Assembly: GCA_964499455.1 (NCBI GenBank) | Contig: CAZCLC010000002.1 | Coordinates: 1 to 56,880 of the forward strand | DNA: 56,880 nucleotides | From: an uncultured Candidatus Saccharibacteria bacterium | Lineage (GTDB): Bacteria > Patescibacteriota > Minisyncoccia > Phycocordibacterales > Phycocordibacteraceae | Reading direction: 5' to 3' | In this document: piece by piece, positions 8,790 through 19,237 of the stretch | Numbering within the stretch: the stretch's first letter is position 1 | Layout of the letters: each line of letters starts with the position of its first letter | Program-made: the position numbers and the translations under genes | The notes under the pieces: generated by a model | Databases searched by the model: none | The model's input: only the letters and a program-made list of their open reading frames with translations | What the model was told of the DNA's origin: nothing

Positions 8790-11700
8790 ATGTTGTGGCT
8801 GTGGAATTTCTTTCTTGAACGACGGCAATTTACTTACGTTCTTATAGGTGCACTTGTTATTGCTGGAGCTTTTTCACTATTTCAAATTCCAAAAGCCGTA
8901 GAGCCACCTATCAATATTGCTGAAGGCATTGTAGTAACGACGCTTCCTGGTGCGTCTGCCAAAAATGTAGAGACGCTCATAACAAATAAAATTGAAGACC
9001 AAGTATCTGGTATCAGTAATATTGATACGATGAAGTCTGTCTCTAAGAACAGTGTTTCAACTCTTGTAGTGCAGTTTGACTCAAACGCAAACATAGATCA
9101 ATCTATACAAAGCTTGCGTGATGCAGTTGCAAAGTCTGTTCCAAATTTACCGGCAGATGCATCAACTCCAGCTGTTACAAAAGTAAGTTTTTCAAACACT
9201 CCTGTTCTTATTGCATCGGTATCGGCGAATGTATCACCACTTCTATTATCGCAAGTTGGGCAAACAGTATCTAATGCACTTAAGCGTGTATCAGGAGTAT
9301 CAGATGTTAATGTCGCTGGTGTACCTGATCGTCAGGTTAATGTTGTTGTAAATAAAAAAGAGCTTCTTTCCTACGGAATAGGTATTCAAGACGTAATACG
9401 TGCTATTCAAGCGGCAAACGCGACTGTACCGGTTGGGTCTATCTCAATGGATGGTGTTTCATACAGTATTAATTTTAAAGGTGGAATTACAAACCCAAAC
9501 ACAATTAATAATGTTGTCGTTACAGATAAGAATGGTTCACTCGTATATGTACGCGATGTTGCCCATGTATTTAATGGGCTTGCTCCATCGACGACATATT
9601 CCCGTTTATCTCTTGGTGGAAAAACAACCCAAAATGCGATTACCTTTTCAGTATATAAACAATCCGGCGCATCTATTGCAGGAGTTGCAAACGCGGTACA
9701 TGCTGAATTAAATATTCTTAAAAAGACAACTCTTTTGGGTTTCAATGTTTATATTTCTCCGGCAACAAATATGGGTGTGCAAGTTGGAAAACAACTTGGA
9801 GAGTTAGCGAGGACTGGGTTGGAAACAGTTGTCCTTGTGTTGCTTGTCTTATTAATAACAATCGGATGGCGAGAAGCATTTGTTGCAGCACTTTCTATTC
9901 CGCTATCTTTTCTTATTGCTTTCATTGGGCTTTATATGACTGGCAACTCGCTTAATTTTATTAGTTTGTTTGCACTAATTTTAGCTGTTGGTATTTTAGT
10001 TGATTCGGGTATTGTCGTAACGGAAGCAATTCATACTCGTATACGAGAAAATGGAGATGCACTTAATGCGGCGCGTAAAGCTCTTTTTGATTATGCATGG
10101 CCACTTATCGCTGGAACAATGGCGACTGTAGCAGTATTCATTCCACTATTTTTTATTTCTGGGATTATTGGAAAATTTATTGCCGGAATTCCGTATACAC
10201 TTATTTTTGTACTTATCGCATCTATTTTTGTTTCACTTGGTTTAGTTCCTTTGGTTGCAATTTTATTAAGCAAGAAACATAAAAATGTTTTTGAAGAAAA
10301 GCAGGAATATTATACGGCTCGTATTACTATATGGTACAAAAATATGTTGCGAAGCGTACTTAATCATCGCCATACGCAAAAGATATTTTTATTTTCTATG
10401 GCTGGGCTTTTTATCATATCAATCTCTCTTCCTCTTTTAGGAATGGTACACACTGTATTTCTCCCTCAAAATAATGAAGATTTTGTTTTTATAAGTATTA
10501 CAAAACCGCAAGGTACAACACTTTCAGTGACTGATAAAGTTACACGTCATGTTGAGAAAATACTCTATAAAGACCCTGATATATATTCATTTCAGACAAC
10601 TGTCGGACAAGGCTCAGCACTATCTGGCGGTGTTCTTACGCTTGCAGCAAGCGGAAGTAATGTTGCTAATATCACTGTAAATCTGCCACTTGGACACAAA
10701 AAAACAAGTACACAAATTGTAAACGATTTACAAAAAAAACTTGCTCCAATAACTGATGCCACTGTTCAGGTTTTGCAAATGGCCGACGGACCACCAGGAG
10801 GACCACCGATACAAATAGAGTTTCTAGGTAACAACTTAAACAACATTATTACAGCTGCCAATAAAGCGAAACAACTTTTGGCGACTATACAAGGAGTTAC
10901 AAATCTTACCAGTAGTACACAAAATAATGGTACAGAGTTTGAGCTAAAAATAAACCGTGCCAAAGCAGCTGCACTCGGTGTAAATACGCTTATGGTTGCG
11001 CAAACACTTCATAGCGCAATTAACGGAACGAAAGCAATTAGTATAACAAAACCAAATCAGACAATAGATGTAATTGTAAAAATGAACGTAAACCCAACAT
11101 ATACTAATCCATCAAACACAACACATACGACTCTTGATAGTATCAAAAATATCATAATTCGTGGTACAAAAGGACCAGTTCTTTTAGGTTCAATTCTTTC
11201 AACATCTCTTGCACAGAGTAATGCGAGTATCACACATAAAGACAAAATGCGTATGGAAACAGTTTCTGCGTATCCGAGTTCAAATACAACCGCTTCCGCA
11301 ATTGTAAGTACATTTCAAAAAAAGATTGATACACTTTCTCTTCCTGCTGGAATTTCAGTGTCATATGGTGGCACAACGAAAAATATCAATCAATCATTTT
11401 CTCAAATGTTTGTCGCTCTCATCGCAGGGCTTGTACTTATGTTTATGATTCTTATTGTCGCGTTTAACTCATTCCGATATACATTTTATTTAATTATGAT
11501 TGTTCCGCTTTCACTCATAGGTGTGCTTGATGGACTGGCACTTACCGGACAACCGATCTCTTTTTCATCACTTCTTGGTGTTATTGCACTTGGTGGTGTC
11601 ATTATTAACCATGCAATTATCTTGATGGACTCTATGATTCGTAGAATGCGCATCGCTGGCGGAACTCCGATTATTGATGTCGTAATAGAATCAGCAGCGA

Positions 11701-11885
11701 CGCGCCTACGACCAATCATTCTCACAACTATCACAACAGTTATCGGTATGATACCGCTCTCACTCACAAATGCCACATGGGGACCACTTGCTTTCAGTAT
11801 TATGTTTGGTTTGACGTTCGCCATTGTTCTTACGCTTGTGCTCATTCCAGTTTTATTCTATCGTGCACAGCGATCCACAACATAA
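8790..11885 (+). CDS. RND-family efflux permease (AcrB/AcrD/AcrF-like)
   Basis: Length 1031 aa. Architecture is two TM bundles plus two large loops, with a typical N-terminus (FFLERRQFTYVLIGALVIAG) and conserved TM4/TM10-like segments. Confidence 0.85.
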   Translation: MLWLWNFFLERRQFTYVLIGALVIAGAFSLFQIPKAVEPPINIAEGIVVTTLPGASAKNVETLITNKIEDQVSGISNIDTMKSVSKNSVSTLVVQFDSNANIDQSIQSLRDAVAKSVPNLPADASTPAVTKVSFSNTPVLIASVSANVSPLLLSQVGQTVSNALKRVSGVSDVNVAGVPDRQVNVVVNKKELLSYGIGIQDVIRAIQAANATVPVGSISMDGVSYSINFKGGITNPNTINNVVVTDKNGSLVYVRDVAHVFNGLAPSTTYSRLSLGGKTTQNAITFSVYKQSGASIAGVANAVHAELNILKKTTLLGFNVYISPATNMGVQVGKQLGELARTGLETVVLVLLVLLITIGWREAFVAALSIPLSFLIAFIGLYMTGNSLNFISLFALILAVGILVDSGIVVTEAIHTRIRENGDALNAARKALFDYAWPLIAGTMATVAVFIPLFFISGIIGKFIAGIPYTLIFVLIASIFVSLGLVPLVAILLSKKHKNVFEEKQEYYTARITIWYKNMLRSVLNHRHTQKIFLFSMAGLFIISISLPLLGMVHTVFLPQNNEDFVFISITKPQGTTLSVTDKVTRHVEKILYKDPDIYSFQTTVGQGSALSGGVLTLAASGSNVANITVNLPLGHKKTSTQIVNDLQKKLAPITDATVQVLQMADGPPGGPPIQIEFLGNNLNNIITAANKAKQLLATIQGVTNLTSSTQNNGTEFELKINRAKAAALGVNTLMVAQTLHSAINGTKAISITKPNQTIDVIVKMNVNPTYTNPSNTTHTTLDSIKNIIIRGTKGPVLLGSILSTSLAQSNASITHKDKMRMETVSAYPSSNTTASAIVSTFQKKIDTLSLPAGISVSYGGTTKNINQSFSQMFVALIAGLVLMFMILIVAFNSFRYTFYLIMIVPLSLIGVLDGLALTGQPISFSSLLGVIALGGVIINHAIILMDSMIRRMRIAGGTPIIDVVIESAATRLRPIILTTITTVIGMIPLSLTNATWGPLAFSIMFGLTFAIVLTLVLIPVLFYRAQRSTT

Positions 11886-11914
11886 AAGCGCGGAGGCGAA
11901 GCCTCCGCGCTTTT
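11884..11914 (+). terminator. Terminator after the RND gene
   Basis: aaaagcgcggaggc-gaa-gcctccgcgctttt forms a 14-bp stem flanked by A- and T-runs, so it could act in both directions. Confidence 0.8.
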
Positions 11915-12124
11915 AAAATATTCCGACATATTGTCTTTCTGGACAATAGATTAGAAATATAAAAAGACAAAAGTATATATTAACCGTATTATAAAAAAAT
12001 TAGATTTATAATAAACAAATTATTTGGTAGTTAAAACATTATATATGTACACTTAGTTATCTTGACATAATATAAAAAATAGTGTGCAAAAGATGGAGAA
12101 ATATAAATAAATAGGAGGTATATT

Positions 12125-12328
12125 ATGATTGGAATAATTATAATTATGCTCGTTTTAGGGGTATCATCATTGAGTATGATACCGGTTTTTAGTTCTGGTC
12201 ACTTGGTGGCTGGAATTATAGGCGACGTTGTTTTATTAGTAATACTCTTGATTGTCAATTACATAATATATATATTGACAATCCTATGGTCACCAGAAGT
12301 AATGAAAACAACCATAAAAAAATTATGA
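12125..12328 (+). CDS. Small hydrophobic membrane protein (67 aa), unknown function
   Basis: A perfect SD AGGAGGT sits 6 nt upstream of the ATG. Two predicted TM helices. The ORF has its own terminator downstream. Confidence 0.5.
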   Translation: MIGIIIIMLVLGVSSLSMIPVFSSGHLVAGIIGDVVLLVILLIVNYIIYILTILWSPEVMKTTIKKL

Positions 12329-12401
12329 TTGCAGATTTATTGATAGCTGCAGTCATGTTTGGGATATTATCTCTTTAACTTTAATTAATACTCCAATTTT
12401 C

Positions 12402-12439
12402 AAATCTCGGCATACGTATATGTACGTATGCCGAGATTT
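12402..12439 (+). terminator. Hairpin terminator after the small membrane ORF
   Basis: aaatctcggcatacgta-tatg-tacgtatgccgagattt forms a 17-bp perfect stem followed by ctctttt. Confidence 0.7.
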
Positions 12440-12754
12440 CTCTTTTATAATGTTATAAAGTGTATTACTTGGCGGTAAAACAGCCAAGTGGGTATACATT
12501 TATATGTATAAAATATATATCACATTTTTGTTATTTTATTAGTATATTTTGTGAATTTTTAAACTAAAAAGAGTTGACATTTGATATATTGTTTTCTTTA
12601 TGTTGTGGTAAATAATTCACATAAAATATAACTTTAATACTGTGTATAGAATATATATTTTCTTGACCTTTTCAATATATACGTGTTAGTCTATACATAA
12701 CGCAATCGTATTTCGCAGGCACATTATATGTCGTTTGTGAATATGCACGGCGCG

Positions 12755-12782
12755 TTGACATTAAGGAAAATGTATTTATCCT
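12755..12782 (+). promoter_or_regulatory. Candidate tuf promoter
   Basis: TTGACA (12755-12760), 16-nt spacer, TATCCT (12777-12782), about 32 nt upstream of the ATG. Two further TTGAC boxes lie upstream at 12574 and 12663. Confidence 0.35.
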
Positions 12783-12814
12783 TTTATTAATTTAAATAAA
12801 TATTATAAACGCTT

Positions 12815-14017
<1,203 letters not shown>

Positions 14018-14047
14018 TAGCTTAAAATAAATGCATTACAAACTGCA

Positions 14048-14413
14048 ATGACAACTACAATAAAGACAAAAAAGACAAGCAAGAAATCATCTCTTGATAC
14101 ACTGAAAGAGCAGCGACTACGTATTCGTGTTCGTGCTTATGAACATAAAATACTTGATCTTTCGGTTAAACAGATAATGGATACTGCACAACGATTTGAT
14201 GCAAAAATTGTTGGTCCAGTTCCTCTACCAACAGAGATAAAACGTTGGACAGTTAACCGATCTACGTTTGTCTATAAAGATGCACGTGAACAGTTTGAGA
14301 TGCGTGTACATAAGCGTTTAATTGATATATTAAATCCCTCGCAGAAAGTTATTGAGGCGCTTACGAATCTTGATCTTCCATCTGGAGTTACAATTGATGT
14401 TACATTGACCTAA
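14048..14413 (+). CDS. rpsJ: 30S ribosomal protein S10
   Basis: LRIRVRAYEHKILD...IVGPVPLPT...FEMRVHKRLIDI matches the S10 core. It has an N-terminal basic extension of about 20 aa. Confidence 0.95.
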   Translation: MTTTIKTKKTSKKSSLDTLKEQRLRIRVRAYEHKILDLSVKQIMDTAQRFDAKIVGPVPLPTEIKRWTVNRSTFVYKDAREQFEMRVHKRLIDILNPSQKVIEALTNLDLPSGVTIDVTLT

Positions 14414-14438
14414 ACGAAAATCTTACACTTAATTTTTT

Positions 14439-14476
14439 AAATATCGCCACTTTTTACAGAAAAAGTGGCGATATTT
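14439..14476 (+). terminator. Hairpin terminator between rpsJ and rplC
   Basis: aaatatcgccacttttt-acag-aaaaagtggcgatattt forms a 17-bp perfect stem. Confidence 0.7.
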
Positions 14477-14552
14477 ATTAGACTATCTCATACAGATTTT
14501 CTTTATAATAAATATTAATTTATCCAATTTCCTGTTTGTTTATACGTAATAA

Positions 14553-14614
14553 TTTGCTTTTTTTGCTTTTTACGGTATTCTCTTTATATATAAGCCGCGT
14601 GCGGCTTTTTATTT
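14553..14614 (+). promoter_or_regulatory. Candidate rplC promoter plus 5'-proximal GC hairpin and U-tract leader
   Basis: TTGCTT (14553-14558), 17-nt spacer, TATTCT (14576-14581). Hairpin aAGCCG-cgtg-CGGCTt (14592-14607) followed by tttattt. The ATG is at 14622. Confidence 0.45.
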
Positions 14615-14621
14615 GTAGTAT

Positions 14622-15239
14622 ATGAAATTCATCTTAGCTAGAAAAGTCAGAATGACTCAGATTTTTACTGACGAAGGTCGGGTATATGCTGGTACCGTTT
14701 TACAAACAAAAAATTCAACAATTACTCAGATAAAGTCTTCCGATACTGATGGTTATTCAGCAGTACAAATTGGGTTTGATACTCAAAAACCTGAACGTAT
14801 TTCAAAACCTGTACGCGGTCATTTAAAAGGTAAAGCATATAAAGTGATTAAGGAGTTTCGTATTTCAGACACATCATCTTATTCTGTAGGTGATGAGATT
14901 ACTCCAGATATTTTTTCTATTGGAGATGTGGTACAAGTATCAGGTACAGTAAAAGGACGCGGTTTTGCAGGTGTAGTAAAACGTCATGGATTTCATGGGG
15001 GACCACGAACACATGGACAAAAACATTCTGAACGCGAAGCTGGTTCAATTGGTGGTTCTGGAGGACGTGCGGGAGGGCGTGTTGTAAAAGGTATACGCAT
15101 GGCCGGAAGAATGGGTGGTAACCGTGTAACAACAAAGAATCTTAAAATACTTATTGTTAATACTGATACTGGTGAAATAATTGTTTCTGGTGCAGTACCA
15201 GGGGCACCTCAATCATTAGTGGAAATTGTTTCCTCATAA
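14622..15239 (+). CDS. rplC: 50S ribosomal protein L3
   Basis: L3 blocks GTVKGRGFAGVVKRHGF.GGP..HG and GRMGG..VT. Gene order also supports the call. Confidence 0.96.
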   Translation: MKFILARKVRMTQIFTDEGRVYAGTVLQTKNSTITQIKSSDTDGYSAVQIGFDTQKPERISKPVRGHLKGKAYKVIKEFRISDTSSYSVGDEITPDIFSIGDVVQVSGTVKGRGFAGVVKRHGFHGGPRTHGQKHSEREAGSIGGSGGRAGGRVVKGIRMAGRMGGNRVTTKNLKILIVNTDTGEIIVSGAVPGAPQSLVEIVSS

Positions 15240-15246
15240 TATTTAT

Positions 15247-16008
15247 ATGGCTACCATTACTACACAAAACAGCAAAAAAGTCAGCGCGCCGCGTACAAAA
15301 GTAAACACGGCAGAAAAAAAAGAAAATGCAATGTACGCACCTGTTTACAATATGTCCGGCAAAAAAGTCAGTACTATTTTGCTTCCTGAGATTCTATTTT
15401 CCGCACCGTGGAAATATGACCTTGTACATCAGGTTGTTATTGCAATGCAGGCAAACGCACGTAATATAATTGCACATACAAAATCACGTGGAGAAGTACG
15501 CGGTGGTGGTAAAAAACCATGGAAACAAAAAGGAACTGGGCGCGCACGGCATGGCTCAATTCGTTCTCCTATTTGGGTTGGTGGTGGTGTTACTCACGGT
15601 CCCAACGCAGAACGTTCATACACACAAAAGATAAATAAAAAAATGCGTCTCGCTGCATTTACTGCCATACTATCTCGTAAATTCAAAAATGGAGAGATTT
15701 TATTTGTTGATTCATTTTCCTTTGATACGCCGAAAACAAGTAAAGCAAAAGAAATAATACAAAATATTTCAAAAGGTGCTAATATTCCTGAAATTTCAAC
15801 ACGTCGTACCAATACTGCAATTATTGCACTTTCTAAAAAAGACATCACGGTTGAAAAGAGTTTTAGTAATTTCAGTAATATGTGTACAGAAGAAATACGT
15901 AATCTAAACCCTGTTACAATGCTTACTTATAGATATCTGATTATTGAGAATCCAAAACTCGCTTTTAAAACATTAACAACGCGTGTTATTCATACAAAGA
16001 ATATCTAA
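15247..16008 (+). CDS. rplD: 50S ribosomal protein L4
   Basis: L4 block KTKSRGEVRGGGKKPWKQKGTGRARHGS. The ATG at 15247 (MATITT) is preferred over the track start at 15226, which overlaps rplC. Confidence 0.93.
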   Translation: MATITTQNSKKVSAPRTKVNTAEKKENAMYAPVYNMSGKKVSTILLPEILFSAPWKYDLVHQVVIAMQANARNIIAHTKSRGEVRGGGKKPWKQKGTGRARHGSIRSPIWVGGGVTHGPNAERSYTQKINKKMRLAAFTAILSRKFKNGEILFVDSFSFDTPKTSKAKEIIQNISKGANIPEISTRRTNTAIIALSKKDITVEKSFSNFSNMCTEEIRNLNPVTMLTYRYLIIENPKLAFKTLTTRVIHTKNI

Positions 16009-16019
16009 ATATAAATAAT

Positions 16020-16421
16020 ATGGCACTTTTTACTAAAAACAAAAAAGACAAAGTTACTGGAAAAAAAATAGCTGGGAAGTCAGCTGTTGTATCAACAAAG
16101 AAGAACGCAAGTAAAAGCACTTACACTCATATGCAAAAGGCACGTGCGGCAGTTGCGCTTACAGCACCATGGATGTCGGAAAAGGCACTTATAGGAACTG
16201 ATTCAGGCGTATATGTTTTCGCTATCCCGCGTGGAGTAACGAAACAAGATGTTGCGCGTGCAGTAGAAGTAATATATAAAGTAACACCACGACGTGTATG
16301 CACTGCTAATTTACCTGGTAAGCGAGTCTCGCATCGTACACGTGCAGGTGTCGCTATTCGTTCACGACGTAGAAAAGCGTATGTATATTTAAATAAAGGA
16401 GATACAATACAGCTTGTGTAA
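16020..16421 (+). CDS. rplW: 50S ribosomal protein L23
   Basis: The L23 core (VYVFAIPRGVTKQDVARAVEVIYKV) and gene order support the call. It has a Lys-rich N-terminal extension. Confidence 0.9.
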   Translation: MALFTKNKKDKVTGKKIAGKSAVVSTKKNASKSTYTHMQKARAAVALTAPWMSEKALIGTDSGVYVFAIPRGVTKQDVARAVEVIYKVTPRRVCTANLPGKRVSHRTRAGVAIRSRRRKAYVYLNKGDTIQLV

Positions 16422-16428
16422 TATTACT

Positions 16429-17274
16429 ATGAAAACATATAAACCAGTCACCAAAAGCCGTCGGCATATGTCAACACTGCAATACAGAAAAAATCTTTCT
16501 GGTGATGCTCCATTTAAAAGTCTTTTAGTCAGTAAAAAACGTCAAGCAGGTAGAAATGCGTTTGGTCGTATTACAACACGCCATCAAGGCGGTGGTCATA
16601 AACGGCAGTTACGTCAAATAGATTTTAAATATAATAAACACAATATACCAGCTAAGATTGAAACAATTGAATATGATCCATATCGTTCTGCAAATATAGC
16701 TCGTGTGCTATATACAGACGGTGTTCGTAAATATGTGCTTATGCCAAAAGACTCTGTTGTTGGGGATACATTTATTGTTTCTGAAAATGCTTCAATTAAA
16801 CCCGGTAATCGTTTACCACTTAGTAAAATCTCAGTAGGAACATTTATATATAATATTGAATTACAAATTAATACAGGTGCACGATTAGTACGTTCAGCAG
16901 GTGTGTTTGCAAAGTTAATTGCACATGATGCTGGGTATGTACAGATAAAACTTCCTTCAGGAGAAGTACGACGTGTATTAGATAAGTGTTTTGCATCAAT
17001 TGGGACAGTTGGTAATGAAGAGCATTTTCTTGTGAAAATAGGTAAGGCAGGGCGTTCACGTTGGATGGGTAAACGTCCAACTGTGCGTGGTTCTGCTATG
17101 AATCCGGTTGATCATCCATATGGAGGAGGTGAAGGTCGTCAAGGACGCGGTTTACGTCGCGCTAAAACTAAATGGGGCAAACCTTCAGGTAAGGGTCAAA
17201 AAACACGTACACCGAAGAAATACTCTAATATATATATTGTTTCTCATCGTAAGGTTTCAAAGAGGCGTAAATAA
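16429..17274 (+). CDS. rplB: 50S ribosomal protein L2
   Basis: L2 blocks GRNAFGRITTRHQGGGHKR and MNPVDHPYGGGEGR. The ATG at 16429 (MKTYKP) is preferred over 16414. Confidence 0.96.
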   Translation: MKTYKPVTKSRRHMSTLQYRKNLSGDAPFKSLLVSKKRQAGRNAFGRITTRHQGGGHKRQLRQIDFKYNKHNIPAKIETIEYDPYRSANIARVLYTDGVRKYVLMPKDSVVGDTFIVSENASIKPGNRLPLSKISVGTFIYNIELQINTGARLVRSAGVFAKLIAHDAGYVQIKLPSGEVRRVLDKCFASIGTVGNEEHFLVKIGKAGRSRWMGKRPTVRGSAMNPVDHPYGGGEGRQGRGLRRAKTKWGKPSGKGQKTRTPKKYSNIYIVSHRKVSKRRK

Positions 17275-17309
17275 TAATAATCTATATACATTGTATATAG
17301 ATTATTATT
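17273..17309 (+). terminator. A/T-only palindromic hairpin after rplB
   Basis: aataataatctatataca / tgtatatagattattatt are 18-nt complementary arms. Confidence 0.4.
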
Positions 17310-17326
17310 AAATATAATTTATATTG

Positions 17327-17387
17327 TTGACTATTTAGGTTAAATACTGTATCTTTACAAGTATCTCGCTTCGCGGGGTTTTATTTT
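17327..17387 (+). promoter_or_regulatory. Candidate rpsS promoter plus 5'-proximal GC hairpin and U-tract leader
   Basis: TTGACT (17327-17332), 17-nt spacer, TATCTT (17350-17355). Hairpin cTCGC-ttc-GCGgg (17365-17377) followed by gttttatttt. The ATG is at 17390. Confidence 0.5.
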
Positions 17388-17389
17388 AT

Positions 17390-17740
17390 ATGGCACGATC
17401 ACTAAAAAAAGGTCCTTATGTAGACGTAAAGCTTATGAGTAAAATAAGCGGTAAAAAGCCGTCTGATGTTTCTGTAATTAAAACATGGGCACGAGCAAGT
17501 CAAATCACACCTGAAATGATTGATTTTAAATTTGGTGTTCATAATGGTAAACAACATATAGAAGTCCTTATTACTGAAGATATGGTTGGTCATAGACTTG
17601 GTGAATTTTCACCAACGAAAAAGTTTGTACGGCATGGCGGTAAAATGCAAAAAGAACTTGAACAAAAACGTCAACAAATAGAGATTACTGCAGCAAAAGC
17701 GGCGAAAGAGTCTACTGTAACAAAATCAGAAAAAAAATAA
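17390..17740 (+). CDS. rpsS: 30S ribosomal protein S19
   Basis: [12 protein letters not shown]...[26 protein letters not shown] matches S19. It has a C-terminal Lys/Glu-rich extension. Confidence 0.96.
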   Translation: MARSLKKGPYVDVKLMSKISGKKPSDVSVIKTWARASQITPEMIDFKFGVHNGKQHIEVLITEDMVGHRLGEFSPTKKFVRHGGKMQKELEQKRQQIEITAAKAAKESTVTKSEKK

Positions 17741-17743
17741 ACT

Positions 17744-18085
17744 ATGAAGGCTTCTCTCGAAAAGTATAATCAATCTCCTCGTAAAGTTCGTCTTGTAACG
17801 AATTTAATAAAAGGTAAATTAGTAGTTGTTGCACTCAAACAACTTTCGTTTTTACCAAAACGAGCTGCAAAACCAATCGCTAAACTTATCAATTCTGCTA
17901 TTGCGAATGCTGTACAGCAGGGAGGAAAAGAAGAAGAATTACGTGTTAAAGATATCATTGTTGATAGTGCTGGTATGCTTCGTCGTTATCGTGCGCGAGC
18001 ATATGGACGTGGAGCAACTATTCGTCACCGTAAAAGTAGAATAAAAGTAACTCTTTCCGTAGATAACGTAAAAAAAGAATCCTGA
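17744..18085 (+). CDS. rplV: 50S ribosomal protein L22
   Basis: The L22 core (SPRKVRLVTNLIKGK...RARAYGRGATIRHRKSRI) supports the call. The gene ends with TGA. Confidence 0.95.
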   Translation: MKASLEKYNQSPRKVRLVTNLIKGKLVVVALKQLSFLPKRAAKPIAKLINSAIANAVQQGGKEEELRVKDIIVDSAGMLRRYRARAYGRGATIRHRKSRIKVTLSVDNVKKES

Positions 18086-18094
18086 TAATTCTTT

Positions 18095-18790
18095 ATGACA
18101 CATATTACTCATCCATATGCACATCGACTTGGTATTATCCGTGATTGGAAAAACCGTTGGTTTGCAACTAACAAAAATCAATTTCGTGAGAATATAAAAA
18201 TTGATGTCGCTATTCGTTCGTTTCTCACAAAACAACTTAGGGGTTCATATGTGGCGTATGTAGAGATTGAACGTACTGCGGCTGAATTACGTATAACAGT
18301 AAACACTTCTCGCCCAGGTCTTGTTATTGGTCGTTCAGGAGAACAAGCTACAAAACTTCGTGAGAATATTACTTCTCTTGTTTCTAAAATCGCCCCAGAT
18401 CATAATAGAAAAATTAAATTTGATATTGTTGAAATTCGTCAACCGGAAAAGCATGCTGCAATTGTTTCATATATGGTTGCTGAAGGTCTCGAAAAGCGTA
18501 TGCCATTCCGACGAATATTAAAACAAACAGCCGAAAGAGTTATGGCCACTCGTGATGTTGCCGGCGTACGTATCGCGATTTCAGGACGTTTAGGTGGTGC
18601 AGATATGTCACGAAAAGAAGAAATAAAAAAAGGTCGTATCCCATTACAAACATTTCGCGCTGATATTGATTTCTCACATGAACAAGCACATCTTCCGTAT
18701 GGTGTAATTGGCGTGAAAGTATGGATATGTCGCGATGACACACAGACAAATACACGTAATAATATACTTAGTACCGTCAAAAACTCTTAA
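18095..18790 (+). CDS. rpsC: 30S ribosomal protein S3
   Basis: HPYAHRLGIIRDWKNRWFA, a KH domain, and GRLGGADMSRKE. Confidence 0.96.
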   Translation: MTHITHPYAHRLGIIRDWKNRWFATNKNQFRENIKIDVAIRSFLTKQLRGSYVAYVEIERTAAELRITVNTSRPGLVIGRSGEQATKLRENITSLVSKIAPDHNRKIKFDIVEIRQPEKHAAIVSYMVAEGLEKRMPFRRILKQTAERVMATRDVAGVRIAISGRLGGADMSRKEEIKKGRIPLQTFRADIDFSHEQAHLPYGVIGVKVWICRDDTQTNTRNNILSTVKNS

Positions 18791-18804
18791 TTCTTAGATA
18801 ATAT

Positions 18805-19230
18805 ATGTTATTTCCCAAAAAAGTAAAACATAGAAAATGGCAGACAGGTCGTAAGAGTCCTGCTCAACTTGCACACCCAGATACACGTGGCGCTATAGTT
18901 TCATTTGGTAGTTATGGATTAAAAGCAATAACACCTGCACGCATTACAAGTAACCAAATTGAAGCCGCGAGAAAAATACTCTCGCGTGCTACGGGGAAAA
19001 GTGGTAAAGTGTGGATTCGTGTCTTTCCAGATAGACCAATTACACAGAAAGCTGCTGAGGTTGGAATGGGACACGGGAAAGGAGACCCTAAATTTTTTGT
19101 GTTTGAAGTTCATCCTGGACGTATATTGTTTGAAATAGATGGTATTGCTTCAGATATAATTGCTAAAGATGCACTTCGCCGCGCAGGTGCAAAACTGCCA
19201 ATGAAAACTATTGCAGTAACACGGCAATAA
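18805..19230 (+). CDS. rplP: 50S ribosomal protein L16
   Basis: MLFPKKVKHRK...IEAARK...WIRVFPD.PIT.K..EVGMG.GKG. Confidence 0.96.
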   Translation: MLFPKKVKHRKWQTGRKSPAQLAHPDTRGAIVSFGSYGLKAITPARITSNQIEAARKILSRATGKSGKVWIRVFPDRPITQKAAEVGMGHGKGDPKFFVFEVHPGRILFEIDGIASDIIAKDALRRAGAKLPMKTIAVTRQ

Positions 19231-19237
19231 AAAATAT

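Noticed and set aside
15226-15246. Extended upstream starts given by the ORF track (15226 rplD, 16414 rplB, 21024 rpsN, 23665 secY, 34038 thrS, 37788 beta-CASP, 53259 kinase, 54763 ddl)
   Set aside because: In each case an internal ATG gives an N-terminus matching the conserved family start and removes implausible overlap with the upstream gene.
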